In this document: positions 36,315-46,487 of the stretch, piece by piece | Layout: each line of letters begins with the position of its first letter | Numbering within the stretch: the stretch's first letter is position 1 | Virus record (IMG/VR): IMGVR_UViG_3300026274_000001 | Direction: 5' to 3' (one strand) | DNA length: 64,000 nt | From: a virus | Taxonomy: Duplodnaviria > Caudoviricetes | Notes under the pieces: generated by a model | What the model was told of the DNA's origin: nothing | The model's database searches: none | Seen by the model: only the letters and a program-made list of their open reading frames with translations | Program-made: the position numbers and the translations under genes

Positions 36315-36479
36315 TAAGACCACATAAAATGGTGGCATGTACTATCATTGTTGGTAGGCTGATAGGTTTGTCTGGTAGGTATAACAATAATTTAACTGAA
36401 AAATAGAACATGGTTCACTTGATTCACTTACCATATGAACGTATCATTAGTGAATACACAAGAGCTAGGGGAGTTGATC

Positions 36480-36935
36480 ATGAGTGAACAAAATGAGTGT
36501 AGTGAAGCAGATGCACTTAATGACTACGATGACGAAGATTTTGAATTTGTCAACGGCAACGCTGAAGAGGGTGGTGAATTTGTAATCTTCCCCAACAAGC
36601 TGCGTGAAGAGGTTGCTCACTCGTTATTGGCTCTACATCATTCAAGAGTGGTTGAGCAAGAAGATACACGAACACAGGCTGAAGTCATTGCTGACATGAA
36701 AGCCCGGTACGTGGTCGCGAAAGCAGCCAAGGTTGGAGAAATCATCGAATGTGCTTGCTGTGCGAAGAAAGTGGTAAAGACTTCGTATCAGATGGCATTC
36801 TGCTCCAACGGCAAGAATAGAAAGAACACCCTGTTGGGAAACAATAACTGCAAGGACCGTTTCTGGAACTTGACGGATGACAAGCGTCGTCCCTTAGCAA
36901 TCAAGTTCGTGGAGAAACGTAATGTTAAAGCTTAA
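36480..36935 (+). CDS. Cys-motif (Zn-binding) hypothetical protein
   Basis: CACC..FCS..CKDRFWN. Confidence 0.7.
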   Translation: MSEQNECSEADALNDYDDEDFEFVNGNAEEGGEFVIFPNKLREEVAHSLLALHHSRVVEQEDTRTQAEVIADMKARYVVAKAAKVGEIIECACCAKKVVKTSYQMAFCSNGKNRKNTLLGNNNCKDRFWNLTDDKRRPLAIKFVEKRNVKA

Positions 36936-37185
36936 TTGGTTGTTCTCCGATTGCCCCACTTGTGATAACCACAGCCCAGGCTACTGCAACGGTAATATGG
37001 TGGCGATTGAAGACCAGGGGGTTGTTGACACTCGAGATGGTGAATCTTACGGTGTCGTATACTACTGTGATCATTGTGATACGGTATGGCAGATCACCAC
37101 TGGAATTCGTAAAGAGGCCGAAGCGCTTTACGATGAAGAACGTGAATCGTACCTGGTCACTATGCGCGAACAACAGGAAGAGTAG
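36922..37185 (+). CDS. Zn-ribbon protein
   Basis: CPTC ... YCDHCDTVW. Confidence 0.7.
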   Translation: MLKLNWLFSDCPTCDNHSPGYCNGNMVAIEDQGVVDTRDGESYGVVYYCDHCDTVWQITTGIRKEAEALYDEERESYLVTMREQQEE

Positions 37186-37243
37186 TTGCTTTTTTTGTGT
37201 GAACGTATAATACCAAAGTTGTTCAACTTTGGGAGAACAGTTT

Positions 37244-37696
37244 ATGTTTGCGGCCACCAAAGCAGCAATTGACGAACGAGCCCTAAATGAATATTTGAGT
37301 GTTGACTGTATTTTTCAGCAAACCCTTGAATATATTGAATGCATTAGCAGTGCCTTTCATCCTTTACATGTATTATGGGGCAATGTTAGAGTAAGTGAAA
37401 TTCGTGAAATCACCGACTTTTACGGCTCGCCACTGCTCATGAAATATTTCACTGATAGTGTCGTACTACACATTATTGGTAGTGCTATTGGGATGCGACG
37501 ACACCTGACCACCCAAGCTGGTGATCGATGTTATATAAACAGTCACGGCAATCAACACGAAGCAGTCAAACTGCTTATGGCGTATTACAGCAAGGGCAAT
37601 CCTCCAGTCACACTTGCACGCTCGCAAGAATTGAATGAAATTTACCTGATGTGGGAAGAGCGCTGCCCTCAGTTGCGTTATGTGAATTCGTTTTAA
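37244..37696 (+). CDS. hypothetical protein
   Basis: SD GGGAG. Confidence 0.65.
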   Translation: MFAATKAAIDERALNEYLSVDCIFQQTLEYIECISSAFHPLHVLWGNVRVSEIREITDFYGSPLLMKYFTDSVVLHIIGSAIGMRRHLTTQAGDRCYINSHGNQHEAVKLLMAYYSKGNPPVTLARSQELNEIYLMWEERCPQLRYVNSF

Positions 37697-37747
37697 CCAT
37701 ACCATCCTCGTATATAATACAAAAACCATATATTTGAATGTACTAAC

Positions 37748-37987
37748 ATGAGTGGTTACGGTAAACCTGATGAAGAGCAAGAAAATGCCCAAGCGATGGT
37801 TGACAACGCGGTTGGGCTCGCCCGTTTGATGATTCCCAAAGGACCATCTGCAAAATACTGTGGCGATTGTTTGGAACCAATCCCACAAGCACGCAGAGAA
37901 GCACAGCCAGGTTGCAAGTATTGTATAAGCTGTCAAGTGAATCACGATCGTCCACCAAATCTCCGAGTGGTCACCAAAATGCTGTAG
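37748..37987 (+). CDS. DksA/TraR C4-type zinc-finger protein
   Basis: CGDCLEPIPQARREAQPGCKYCISCQ. Confidence 0.88.
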   Translation: MSGYGKPDEEQENAQAMVDNAVGLARLMIPKGPSAKYCGDCLEPIPQARREAQPGCKYCISCQVNHDRPPNLRVVTKML

Positions 37988-37997
37988 GAGTCCCACC

Positions 37998-38204
37998 ATG
38001 TATAACCCAGAAGATGACCTCTTCAAGTACAAGCAAATACATGACAGTCGTATCGAGGTGTATTCGGGGGCCGTGATGGTGGGTAACATCGTGAAGCGGG
38101 GTGACAAGTACCAATACCTACCCAGCAACAGTAGGCGCAAGACGGGATTTTTCAAAACGTTAGATGATATAAAAGCATTCATTAATGGTGATGACATGGC
38201 GTAA
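37998..38204 (+). CDS. hypothetical protein
   Basis: SD AGGAG. Confidence 0.7.
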   Translation: MYNPEDDLFKYKQIHDSRIEVYSGAVMVGNIVKRGDKYQYLPSNSRRKTGFFKTLDDIKAFINGDDMA

Positions 38205-38275
38205 ATGCTTGAACTCCCATTCATATGAATATAGAATGAGCTCCATAGAGGGGCTCATTCTATTTGGAGAACGAC

Positions 38276-38692
38276 ATGGGAAAAGTGGTTGCGCCTGAAG
38301 TTATTGCTGAACGCACACTAGAAATAGTGCAGCGTATCTCTCGTCACATTGTGGCGATCGAAGATCCACGTTCAGTGTTTGGATTCAATTTGTGGTTCAA
38401 GAATCGATATGTGAACGTCTACATGCGACAAGGACGTCGTGTCAATGTTGATACTCGAGCTTGGGTGCATACGTTGGAAATTTCTAGCATCAACGTGAAG
38501 ACTGAAAAGAAAGGCTACTTCACTTCGTTTCTCAACCAAATGGAAAAGCTAGCTGCAACACATGGTTTGACTATTCTGGTTGAAAACGTTGCGAACGAAC
38601 ATTTGCAAGCATTCATGCTTAAGCGTGGATATGCAGAATATCGAAGCCCTGGTGGTGGTGGTGACTGGCCGCCCACATACTGGCAAGCTTGA
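38276..38692 (+). CDS. GNAT-like acetyltransferase-fold protein
   Basis: LEISSINV..EKKGYFTSFLNQME..ILVENVANEHLQAFMLKRGY. Confidence 0.55.
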   Translation: MGKVVAPEVIAERTLEIVQRISRHIVAIEDPRSVFGFNLWFKNRYVNVYMRQGRRVNVDTRAWVHTLEISSINVKTEKKGYFTSFLNQMEKLAATHGLTILVENVANEHLQAFMLKRGYAEYRSPGGGGDWPPTYWQA

Positions 38693-38749
38693 TTCATTAA
38701 TATAATTGACTTACAAGGTGTGAACACCTTGTAATCTAAGGAGAAATAC

Positions 38750-38989
38750 ATGCTTTTCAAAGGCAAGATGCGAATCGAAAGTGGTGTGGGTACATTCATC
38801 GATCTTACCAATATCGAAACAAACGCAGTTAAAGTTCTGACTTACGAGTGGTCAAAAAAGAAAAAAGAGCGTGATGGTGTGGTACCTCAAGTCTCAAAGA
38901 TTCCAGGGTTTGTGTTCCTGTTCACTACAAACAATGATCATTTCTTTGAGTGCGATTTGGCAAATTTCATTGCTCTAATGAATTCTTGA
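38750..38989 (+). CDS. hypothetical protein
   Basis: SD AAGGAG; preceded by perfect IR TTACAAGGTG-tgaa-CACCTTGTAA (38711-38734). Confidence 0.7.
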   Translation: MLFKGKMRIESGVGTFIDLTNIETNAVKVLTYEWSKKKKERDGVVPQVSKIPGFVFLFTTNNDHFFECDLANFIALMNS

Positions 38990-39069
38990 TGATGTATAAG
39001 TTGAAATTATAGTAGATTCATTTAACAAGTGAATATACCATATGAATAACAAAACAACCGGTAACTACA

Positions 39070-39330
39070 GTGAAACACAAATACATTGTATTCAAGGATG
39101 GCAATCTAGAAGATATCATCACATTCTCGGAGTTGATGGATCATAGTCAAGCTGCCCGTGCACTGGATCGTGACCGCATTATTTCTGCAGGATTTATGGA
39201 TATTGCGGTAAACGAGCAAGGCAAGCTTGACGTGACGTGTTTCGGTAAAAGTATTACACTTGAACTACAATCGCGTGGTGACCTGGATAAACGCGTGGCT
39301 ATGTCGAGACTCTATGGGGAGAGCTACTGA
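39070..39330 (+). CDS. hypothetical protein
   Basis: GTG start ORF. Confidence 0.7.
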   Translation: MKHKYIVFKDGNLEDIITFSELMDHSQAARALDRDRIISAGFMDIAVNEQGKLDVTCFGKSITLELQSRGDLDKRVAMSRLYGESY

Positions 39331-39545
39331 TGAAAGGCGTCAACTATCACCGAGATGCATTTGAAAAGCAGTTTCGATGGCTAAACTTGCGCCGAGTACC
39401 GGTCGATGCTGATGAACACGCAGGCAAATATAAAGGGGAACTCGCTCTAATTGCCTGGGAGGCCTGGTGTGGAGCGCTTGAGCTTAGCTTCAAACAACAG
39501 AAGGTCACAAAGAAACAGGCCCCGAAAAATGAGTCAGATCACTAA
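39330..39545 (+). CDS. hypothetical protein
   Basis: TGATG overlap; AWEAW motif. Confidence 0.65.
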   Translation: MKGVNYHRDAFEKQFRWLNLRRVPVDADEHAGKYKGELALIAWEAWCGALELSFKQQKVTKKQAPKNESDH

Positions 39546-40023
39546 AGCGATATACGATTATATCGCAGCGCACCCTAACGTAACTTCAATCGAGGTTGCT
39601 AACGGGTTGCAAGCGCAAAGCAATGCTATTGGTATGAAGGCTGGGTCGGTTATTTCATTGATCAGTCTGCTGACTAAGGCTGAATTGCTGCGAAGCTCGA
39701 AAGCGCACAAAGGTGCCGCAAGATTATCTATCGACCGAGTTTACGACGAAGCTGTACTCAAGGCGCATCGACAAAGCGTGTATAAAAAGCGAATCGCACG
39801 CAATGAATATAGCAAAACAAAAGCAATCGAATTATCCAAATTGTCCGTTTTGGAAAGTTTGCCAACCATAGTAGATACCGAGTATGGTGTAGCCAAGCAT
39901 ACATTTATGTTACGTCCTGGACTGGCTATACAATTTTCGTTACCACTAGACTTGACTATTGACGAAGCAAATAGACTGGCGAACTGCATTAGAATTTTGC
40001 CATTTGGCACAAAGTTTGACTGA
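39529..40023 (+). CDS. winged-HTH putative transcription regulator
   Basis: IYDYIAAHPNVTSIEVA..VISLISLLTK; C-terminal LRPGLAIQFSLPLDLTIDEANRLA. Confidence 0.6.
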   Translation: MSQITKAIYDYIAAHPNVTSIEVANGLQAQSNAIGMKAGSVISLISLLTKAELLRSSKAHKGAARLSIDRVYDEAVLKAHRQSVYKKRIARNEYSKTKAIELSKLSVLESLPTIVDTEYGVAKHTFMLRPGLAIQFSLPLDLTIDEANRLANCIRILPFGTKFD

Positions 40024-40029
40024 AACTGC

Positions 40030-40073
40030 TTGCATGCCTTGCCATATGAACTTATCATTTGAACATGGTAAAC
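40030..40073 (+). promoter_or_regulatory. family early promoter
   Basis: TTGCAT-17-TATCAT-6-ATGGTAAAC. Confidence 0.8.
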
Positions 40074-40091
40074 AACTGTGGAGCGCAAACT

Positions 40092-40880
40092 ATGCAAGTA
40101 TCAGACAAAGCAATTTTTGATTGGTCGCATGTTATCAAGACGCTGCGTACTTTTGTAGCATCGCGCGTTAAGACTGACAAAGAGACGCAAGCGTACATCA
40201 ACCTGATGATGTTCCAGACTGACACGTTCCATGACTACGACAGCATGGACGCGCTCTACAATCGCCTCACGGACAGCGTTGATGAACGTGTGTGGGATGC
40301 ACTCTATGAAGCTATCCATCAAATGGGCGAGCAAATCACGGAGCATTTTGCAGATCCGTGGAATTTTGCACCCGGCTACACTAAGCCGAAAAAGCTGGTC
40401 GTTCCGGATGTTGAACGCTTGTCGCGTGCTGTAACGGACAAGCTGCTGAAGGAAGCCGCACCCTTGGTGTTTGATGACATGAAGAAGTATGAAAAGGAAC
40501 GCAAAGCGTCGCAACTAGCAAGCAAGAAAGCGAAAGCTGCTGCCATTAGCGATGAGCGCGTGGCGGAGCTGGCAAAGCTCTACAATGACAATCTGCTTGC
40601 TGCGTGCGACAAAGCGGTGAGGGGCTTTAAAAAGCGCTTGTGGCCTGACGATATGTCGTTTTTCGAAATGACTGAAGAGCAGATGAAAGGCTTCAACATT
40701 GGTAGCGAGTTTTTGGCAGCGTTGGAGGCAAAGTACCCCGAGCCGGCCAAGCTGTTGGACAAGTGCTTCGAAACGGTCATTTACGAGAAAGCATTTACGC
40801 GCAAGCGCACCGATGATTTCTGTGCCCTGTATTACGACAAAGCAGGTCGTAAGCGTCTCATTGCTGCGATCAGCGCATAA
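40092..40880 (+). CDS. hypothetical protein
   Basis: SD GGAG; 262 aa. Confidence 0.75.
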   Translation: MQVSDKAIFDWSHVIKTLRTFVASRVKTDKETQAYINLMMFQTDTFHDYDSMDALYNRLTDSVDERVWDALYEAIHQMGEQITEHFADPWNFAPGYTKPKKLVVPDVERLSRAVTDKLLKEAAPLVFDDMKKYEKERKASQLASKKAKAAAISDERVAELAKLYNDNLLAACDKAVRGFKKRLWPDDMSFFEMTEEQMKGFNIGSEFLAALEAKYPEPAKLLDKCFETVIYEKAFTRKRTDDFCALYYDKAGRKRLIAAISA

Positions 40881-40943
40881 TAAGGCTTGTAGCCAGACTT
40901 AGATGACTATATCATTTGAGTCTGGAGGAAATGCAAGGGGTGA

Positions 40944-41156
40944 ATGATGACTGCGATTATTTCCGAAGTAGAGCTGTACGGGGAGATGCTAGTAGTTGAG
41001 CGTCTTGACAACGGTCTTTACAATGTAGTACATGGCGGGATAATTCGTCATCCTGGCCTCACAGCTGAAAATGCTATTGGGGCCATGGCACACTACATTC
41101 ATAATCTCAACTATTTGCTTTTCAAAGCGAATACGGAATTGAATCGGAATACGTGA
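40944..41156 (+). CDS. hypothetical protein
   Basis: after promoter with IR 40893-40925. Confidence 0.65.
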   Translation: MMTAIISEVELYGEMLVVERLDNGLYNVVHGGIIRHPGLTAENAIGAMAHYIHNLNYLLFKANTELNRNT

Positions 41157-41410
41157 TGGTTACCCTAAAGCAGATTTCAATCGACACGGCTAACGGACTT
41201 AGCTTGCAAGTTGCAGCAAAGCGTATTGGAGTAAAGACTGTAGGTCAGAAATATAAAGTGGCTGTTTACAATGAACGAATCACTCTTGATGAGGTTGAGC
41301 TATTGCGACAGAGGCTGAAAGCCCTGCAGGTAAAAACTATACCTGAATTCATTCAGAAGCGGCAAGTGAATGCTTACCCAAACTTTCCTATCGTATACGC
41401 AACGGAGTAG
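41153..41410 (+). CDS. hypothetical protein (paralog of 42699..42941)
   Basis: IxIxxANxxSLQxAAK. Confidence 0.7.
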   Translation: MMVTLKQISIDTANGLSLQVAAKRIGVKTVGQKYKVAVYNERITLDEVELLRQRLKALQVKTIPEFIQKRQVNAYPNFPIVYATE

Positions 41411-41413
41411 AGC

Positions 41414-41620
41414 ATGGCTGGAAAAGAACTTGAATTTGCAATTGAATCATACAAGATACTGATTGGTTTGCCCATCACTGCTCGTATTCGCGTGCAAAAA
41501 CAATTGTGTGCCTTTCGTGATTTGATTGCGGAATACACTGGTGAGGATGAACAGGTAGTGCAAGCTCGATATGAGTATGAAGTACACATGCAGCAACTAG
41601 CCGATTGTGACGAGGCTTAA
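41414..41620 (+). CDS. hypothetical protein
   Basis: SD GGAG. Confidence 0.65.
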   Translation: MAGKELEFAIESYKILIGLPITARIRVQKQLCAFRDLIAEYTGEDEQVVQARYEYEVHMQQLADCDEA

Positions 41621-41626
41621 TTACAG

Positions 41627-41830
41627 ATGAACCCTTTTTATTGGTACCTTTTAACTTCAATCATCAGTGCCTTGATTGGTGCTGGGATTATGTTGGTATT
41701 TGTCGTGCATCGTTTAGGTTGGCGATTGGATGTGATGAAAGCAGAAATAACGCGCATCAATTTTGACGGTAGCCAGCATACTTCTAAGCTTGTGTTTGTG
41801 GGTAACGATGCCTACTATTTGAAAGAGTGA
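41627..41830 (+). CDS. small membrane protein
   Basis: N-terminal hydrophobic helix. Confidence 0.65.
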   Translation: MNPFYWYLLTSIISALIGAGIMLVFVVHRLGWRLDVMKAEITRINFDGSQHTSKLVFVGNDAYYLKE

Positions 41831-41906
41831 TGATATAGGGTTCATTTTCCGCTTGATGCTATGTTCATATGAAATTACCATATGCTCATAGCCAAATAAC
41901 AGGAGA

Positions 41907-42146
41907 ATGAATATGACCCCTAAGGTCCGGAAACATATTTTTGAACTGACTAACGCATTCGCTGAAGTCGAACAAACCGTAGAGACTTGGTCGAACACCA
42001 ATCGATTCCAAGAACGAGCCCTTCGCACCCTGCAACTGCAACGGGAAACATTGCAAAATTACATCGCCCGTCGTAACATGAAAGGTATCATGGCCCTTAC
42101 TGTGCCGCATGTACACGGAACAAATGTGATTTGGAACGTAGCTTGA
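41907..42146 (+). CDS. hypothetical protein
   Basis: SD AGGAG after family promoter. Confidence 0.7.
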   Translation: MNMTPKVRKHIFELTNAFAEVEQTVETWSNTNRFQERALRTLQLQRETLQNYIARRNMKGIMALTVPHVHGTNVIWNVA

Positions 42147-42202
42147 TTGGTTTGCCAGATGAACCTATAATAGGTGTATGGTAAACAAACAAGGAACATC
42201 AA

Positions 42203-42634
42203 ATGATCGAAGCATTGGCAAATCTACCCACTGACCCAAGTTCTTGGGGCTTGATTGGTGATCCCGAAGCGGCTCAAATGGTTGCCAACACGATTGTGGG
42301 TTACATTCAAGAAGCAATCAACGAGCAGGAAGAAGACGAACTGGATGAAGGACAACACCTGTACCTACAGGTGATTGCTACTGGTGCTCAAGATGAGCGT
42401 CGTTCATCAGCTGATGGGCTGCTTGAAGGTTTGCGCGATTATATGGATGAAATTTATCCAGAAAGTGGTGATCCGGGCGACGATGAAGATGAAGACCACT
42501 ATGGCAATGCTGATGACGCACGCTGTGGTCTCGGTGACACTGAACAGCGCGAAGCCATGTACGATCACGTCTACAAGCTGTTTGGTGTTGAAGATCATCA
42601 ATCCAGTACGTTCGCAGCGTATCGACTGGATTAA
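42203..42634 (+). CDS. acidic hypothetical protein
   Basis: SD AAGGA after family promoter. Confidence 0.75.
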   Translation: MIEALANLPTDPSSWGLIGDPEAAQMVANTIVGYIQEAINEQEEDELDEGQHLYLQVIATGAQDERRSSADGLLEGLRDYMDEIYPESGDPGDDEDEDHYGNADDARCGLGDTEQREAMYDHVYKLFGVEDHQSSTFAAYRLD

Positions 42635-42698
42635 AGCTTGCAGCCACGATCAGATGAATATATCATTTGAGCATGGTAAACAACTGGGAGAACTAATC

Positions 42699-42941
42699 GT
42701 GATCGAGCAAGTCCAAATTGAAGCAGCAAATGACATCAGCTTGCAACTGGCAGCAAAAACCTGTGGTCTCGATGACTGGGGCACACGGTATGAAACTGCA
42801 ATACTTACTGATGATGCGCTTACGGCGAAGCAGAAGTCATTGTTACAAGTTGGTCTCCGTAATTGTCACGTAGTTACGCTTCCGCAATACGAGCGTAATA
42901 ACAGTGGTATGTATCCGTGGGTATCTATTGTTTTTGAATAG
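42699..42941 (+). CDS. hypothetical protein (paralog of 41153..41410)
   Basis: GTG start with SD GGGAG; VQIEAANDISLQLAAK. Confidence 0.7.
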   Translation: MIEQVQIEAANDISLQLAAKTCGLDDWGTRYETAILTDDALTAKQKSLLQVGLRNCHVVTLPQYERNNSGMYPWVSIVFE

Positions 42942-42997
42942 ATAACATGAATTTAATACGGGTTAGTTAGTACAAAGTTCAACGAACGCAGTAAAAT

Positions 42998-43026
42998 AAA
43001 AGCCTACATACACTGTAGGCTTTTTT
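42998..43026 (+). terminator. intrinsic terminator
   Basis: AAAAGCCTACA-tacac-TGTAGGCTTTTTT. Confidence 0.8.
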
Positions 43027-43106
43027 GTGACTAGTCATTCCACTGTTGATGTACAGTTCAAATGAACGTACTATGTGAACATAATAAACAACACAACGGC
43101 ATAAAC

Positions 43107-43616
43107 ATGGCAATCTACTATGTTGGCGACGCTCCAGATCTAACTAAGTTAATCCTGGAACGCTATTTCCCCAGAAACGTAATACCTGAACCTTTAGAGT
43201 CCGAGATTCGGCGGTATTTGTGGAATACTGCGAACTACGGTTATGTTGTCGACTTTAAAGATGAAGGTAAAGACGACATCATGTTTCGCAAGTACAATAA
43301 TAATTTCATATATGACAAGCGATCAGGCTTAGTCATGTTTGACTTTGATTTTGGTTACCATCAGCTCATGATGGCGTACTTGGAAGGGCTACACTACACA
43401 GACATTACCAAGCCCATCGAACACTGGCAATATGACGCCAAGTACCCCACTGACTACAATTCAACATCACAGCTTGCTGATGATTATGTGCGCAACGGCC
43501 ATGGCATCTTTATGTCAAGTACGCATGATGATCATACGGTCATGGTTAGTAGCATATTCGCATGGAATCCCATCGAACGTACCGTGTTCAGCGATTACAA
43601 AAAGATGATTATTTAA
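43107..43616 (+). CDS. hypothetical protein
   Basis: follows family promoter. Confidence 0.7.
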   Translation: MAIYYVGDAPDLTKLILERYFPRNVIPEPLESEIRRYLWNTANYGYVVDFKDEGKDDIMFRKYNNNFIYDKRSGLVMFDFDFGYHQLMMAYLEGLHYTDITKPIEHWQYDAKYPTDYNSTSQLADDYVRNGHGIFMSSTHDDHTVMVSSIFAWNPIERTVFSDYKKMII

Positions 43617-43679
43617 ACCTTGCTTTGGTTGCCATATGAACTTACTATAAGAATACGGTAACCAAACAAGGGGAACAAA

Positions 43680-44072
43680 ATGTCGACACGTGAACAAGAA
43701 CTGAATGCAAACGTGATTGAATTTCGCAAGGAATTGGATCGGTCGATCACGCGTGGCGCCCATCGAATTTCTTTATTCATTGGTCATCTGAAAGAGAATG
43801 CGGACACCGCATTTGTTGGGTATGCCGATAAAGCGATGGCCGTAGCCGCTGATATACAAGTGAAAGAGCAAGTCAGGGCGGCGATCGAACACGGGCTGGC
43901 ATCAGGTAAGGCAATTGATCTTATTATCAAAGACTTGCACACCTGGGCTCTGAAAACCGCATTGAATGCGGCAGAGTATCCGGAACGCAGCACGTCAGTA
44001 GTCAGCAACTTCCAAGCCCAACTTCGAGGTGCTGCTTGGGCCGAAATGGTCCGTTCACTAGAAAGCCTGTAA
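43680..44072 (+). CDS. hypothetical protein
   Basis: SD AAGGGG. Confidence 0.75.
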   Translation: MSTREQELNANVIEFRKELDRSITRGAHRISLFIGHLKENADTAFVGYADKAMAVAADIQVKEQVRAAIEHGLASGKAIDLIIKDLHTWALKTALNAAEYPERSTSVVSNFQAQLRGAAWAEMVRSLESL

Positions 44073-44153
44073 GGATTAAAACAAGCGATGCGGTGCCATG
44101 TGTAATAGAATGGTACCGCTTTCACCATTTACAATAGATGTTGTGGGGGATAT

Positions 44154-44381
44154 ATGATTGCGAAAGTAGAAAAACAAACGACTCTCGGCAAAAAACTGAA
44201 GAAGGTTATTGCTGATATGGAAAAAACAAAAGAACGAATTGCAAAGGAGCGAGATACTCTGCGGGATCAGTTGGAAGAAGCAAATGCAATTAAAGAGGAC
44301 ATGGATGGTGCTATTGACGTGATCAATGACGCTCTCCGTTCAATCGATGATGCTGCTGACGCCTTGAGCAAGTATCTGTAA
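44154..44381 (+). CDS. coiled-coil protein
   Basis: heptad pattern. Confidence 0.7.
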   Translation: MIAKVEKQTTLGKKLKKVIADMEKTKERIAKERDTLRDQLEEANAIKEDMDGAIDVINDALRSIDDAADALSKYL

Positions 44382-44384
44382 GGA

Positions 44385-45047
44385 TTGATGAAAAATATAA
44401 CAATAATCTCCGTTGATGGAGAAGTAGCAAAGATTGAAGGGCATTGTGGTTGTAGATTTGCCACTATTACCGAAGAAGCGATTGCACTAGCAGCCAGTCT
44501 CAACCAACGGGTTGAATATGATTTCAATGGCGTGGTCTGTGTGGTTACTGCTGCTAGTGATGCTGAGGTATTGTGGCAGCATGTTCAAGATACCTGGGAA
44601 CGGGAACGGATAGCCCGCGAAGCAACTCCAGAGTATGCGGAGCAGCAACGTCGTGGAGCAGAAGCGGCAATTGTTTGTAGCAACGAAATGAACGCTTTAC
44701 TGGATGAGCTTGATCGCATAGTCACTCAAAATATCGAACTAACCACCATGCGCTGGTTGAGGGGATTTTTGGAATATGCCGACTGGAGTGATGTTCGGTA
44801 CGACAAGCAAATGGTTGCCGACAAGTTCAAGCTGATGGGATATATCAACAATGATTTAGTTGGTAGTTTCCCGCAGGATCCGTCAAACACTGAGGTATTT
44901 CGTTGGATAATTGGGCAAGCTATCAATATGTTGGAAGATGGTGCATCGCCCCACCCAGCGCTGATTCCACAAACTGATCGTTGTATTGAGACGGCTGAGT
45001 ATGAAAGTTCTTTACTGACTAGAATGATGACTGCATCATCTGTGTAA
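44385..45047 (+). CDS. hypothetical protein
   Basis: 220-aa ORF. Confidence 0.75.
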   Translation: MMKNITIISVDGEVAKIEGHCGCRFATITEEAIALAASLNQRVEYDFNGVVCVVTAASDAEVLWQHVQDTWERERIAREATPEYAEQQRRGAEAAIVCSNEMNALLDELDRIVTQNIELTTMRWLRGFLEYADWSDVRYDKQMVADKFKLMGYINNDLVGSFPQDPSNTEVFRWIIGQAINMLEDGASPHPALIPQTDRCIETAEYESSLLTRMMTASSV

Positions 45048-45068
45048 TACTTAAATGGGAGAATCGCA

Positions 45069-45524
45069 ATGGCTGAATTGAAGATCACCGCATCCGACAA
45101 AAAGCGTATTGACCTCGTTGCTGATAAGCTATCGAAAGAACGAGCCAAGCTGGAAGATGCAGTCAGTGTATTCAACGAAGCGGTGAATACTGCGCGTAAT
45201 GCACTGTCGATTCAGATTGACTCCTACAATGAAGTACAGCAAGAAGCCCTAAACCTGATCGAAGATATTCATCGTGAGCAAGAAGAAATTCTAGATGATA
45301 AGTCTGAAAAATGGCGGGACGGTGAAAAGGGGCAGCTTGCTCGTGATTGGGTACAGGGTATTGAAGAGATCAAAACCACTCTTGAGGGTGAAATTTATCA
45401 CTCAATGGTTGATCCACTTACGGTTGAAGAACTGTTGGGTGAAGATGATCCCGAGGTTGCTGACATCAGCACGCAGTTGGAAGAGATACCCTTGAAGCCA
45501 AGCGATACTGCTGAAGATGAATAA
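45069..45524 (+). CDS. acidic coiled-coil protein
   Basis: SD GGGAG. Confidence 0.75.
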   Translation: MAELKITASDKKRIDLVADKLSKERAKLEDAVSVFNEAVNTARNALSIQIDSYNEVQQEALNLIEDIHREQEEILDDKSEKWRDGEKGQLARDWVQGIEEIKTTLEGEIYHSMVDPLTVEELLGEDDPEVADISTQLEEIPLKPSDTAEDE

Positions 45525-45586
45525 CGCTTGATTGTTTGCCATATGAATGTATCATAATCAATATGGTACACGACAAGGAGAACAAC

Positions 45587-45775
45587 ATGGATGCAACCAC
45601 AGCATTGAAGATTATTGATGGCTACGAATCGTCATTGACGGTAGCTCAAATTTACGACGATGACGATCAGTTTGCTGATGCAATGCTGTCGTTGTTTCCG
45701 CATTTCGAATATCCGGACTTTTCACATTTGACCGTGAAACAAGTGCTGGGACAATACGGACGGATTGCAAAATGA
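45587..45775 (+). CDS. hypothetical protein
   Basis: SD AAGGAG after family promoter. Confidence 0.7.
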   Translation: MDATTALKIIDGYESSLTVAQIYDDDDQFADAMLSLFPHFEYPDFSHLTVKQVLGQYGRIAK

Positions 45776-46191
45776 CTGAACGTTGGTATTCCGACGAATT
45801 GAACAAATTCGAGGAACGGCAGAAGAATTTTATCCGTATTGCCGAAGCCGAATTTGAAGATCATATCGTAATTATGAAGAAGTCACCGGAGATTGCAGCT
45901 ATCCGTTCGGTGAACTTGTTTGAAGATGTAGCTACGCGAAAGTTGGCGTTGCGGTTCCTTGAACTATTTGGGGAATTCCGTGCACCTGCATGCGATTCAA
46001 TCCCCAAAGGCAGCTACCAGCGGTTTTTCGATGAGCTTTATTCACTGTGCGAAAACACATTGATCGCTATGTCCAAAACACCCCAGGACAAGTCATTGGG
46101 TGAGCGACTACTGTATGATGCCACACGGGACAGATATTCACATGAATTGGTATATCTGTCGGCCCGTAAGAATTTTATTGAAAGGAAATAA
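45772..46191 (+). CDS. hypothetical protein
   Basis: ATGA overlap. Confidence 0.7.
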   Translation: MTERWYSDELNKFEERQKNFIRIAEAEFEDHIVIMKKSPEIAAIRSVNLFEDVATRKLALRFLELFGEFRAPACDSIPKGSYQRFFDELYSLCENTLIAMSKTPQDKSLGERLLYDATRDRYSHELVYLSARKNFIERK

Positions 46192-46193
46192 TC

Positions 46194-46487
46194 ATGAGTC
46201 ATAACTCTGGCTACCGACCAATTGCCCATTCACCGGCTAAGGAAGGTGAATCAACCTGGTCTGATCATGGAATCGATTTGACCCCGCCTATTACAACCTC
46301 CGGCCGTCTTCATGTAATTGCACAGGAAATTGCAATCTTGGAAGAACGACTGCAAGTGGCTGTTGAACTTTTGAAACGTGCACGCAGCGAATTTCTGCAG
46401 ACTGAACCGACATTCTCGGATGAGCTTGACGACGAAATGGTTGCGTTTATCAACACGAACACCACAATTAAGCAAGTTGCTCGGTAA
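46194..46487 (+). CDS. hypothetical protein
   Basis: SD AAGGA. Confidence 0.65.
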   Translation: MSHNSGYRPIAHSPAKEGESTWSDHGIDLTPPITTSGRLHVIAQEIAILEERLQVAVELLKRARSEFLQTEPTFSDELDDEMVAFINTNTTIKQVAR

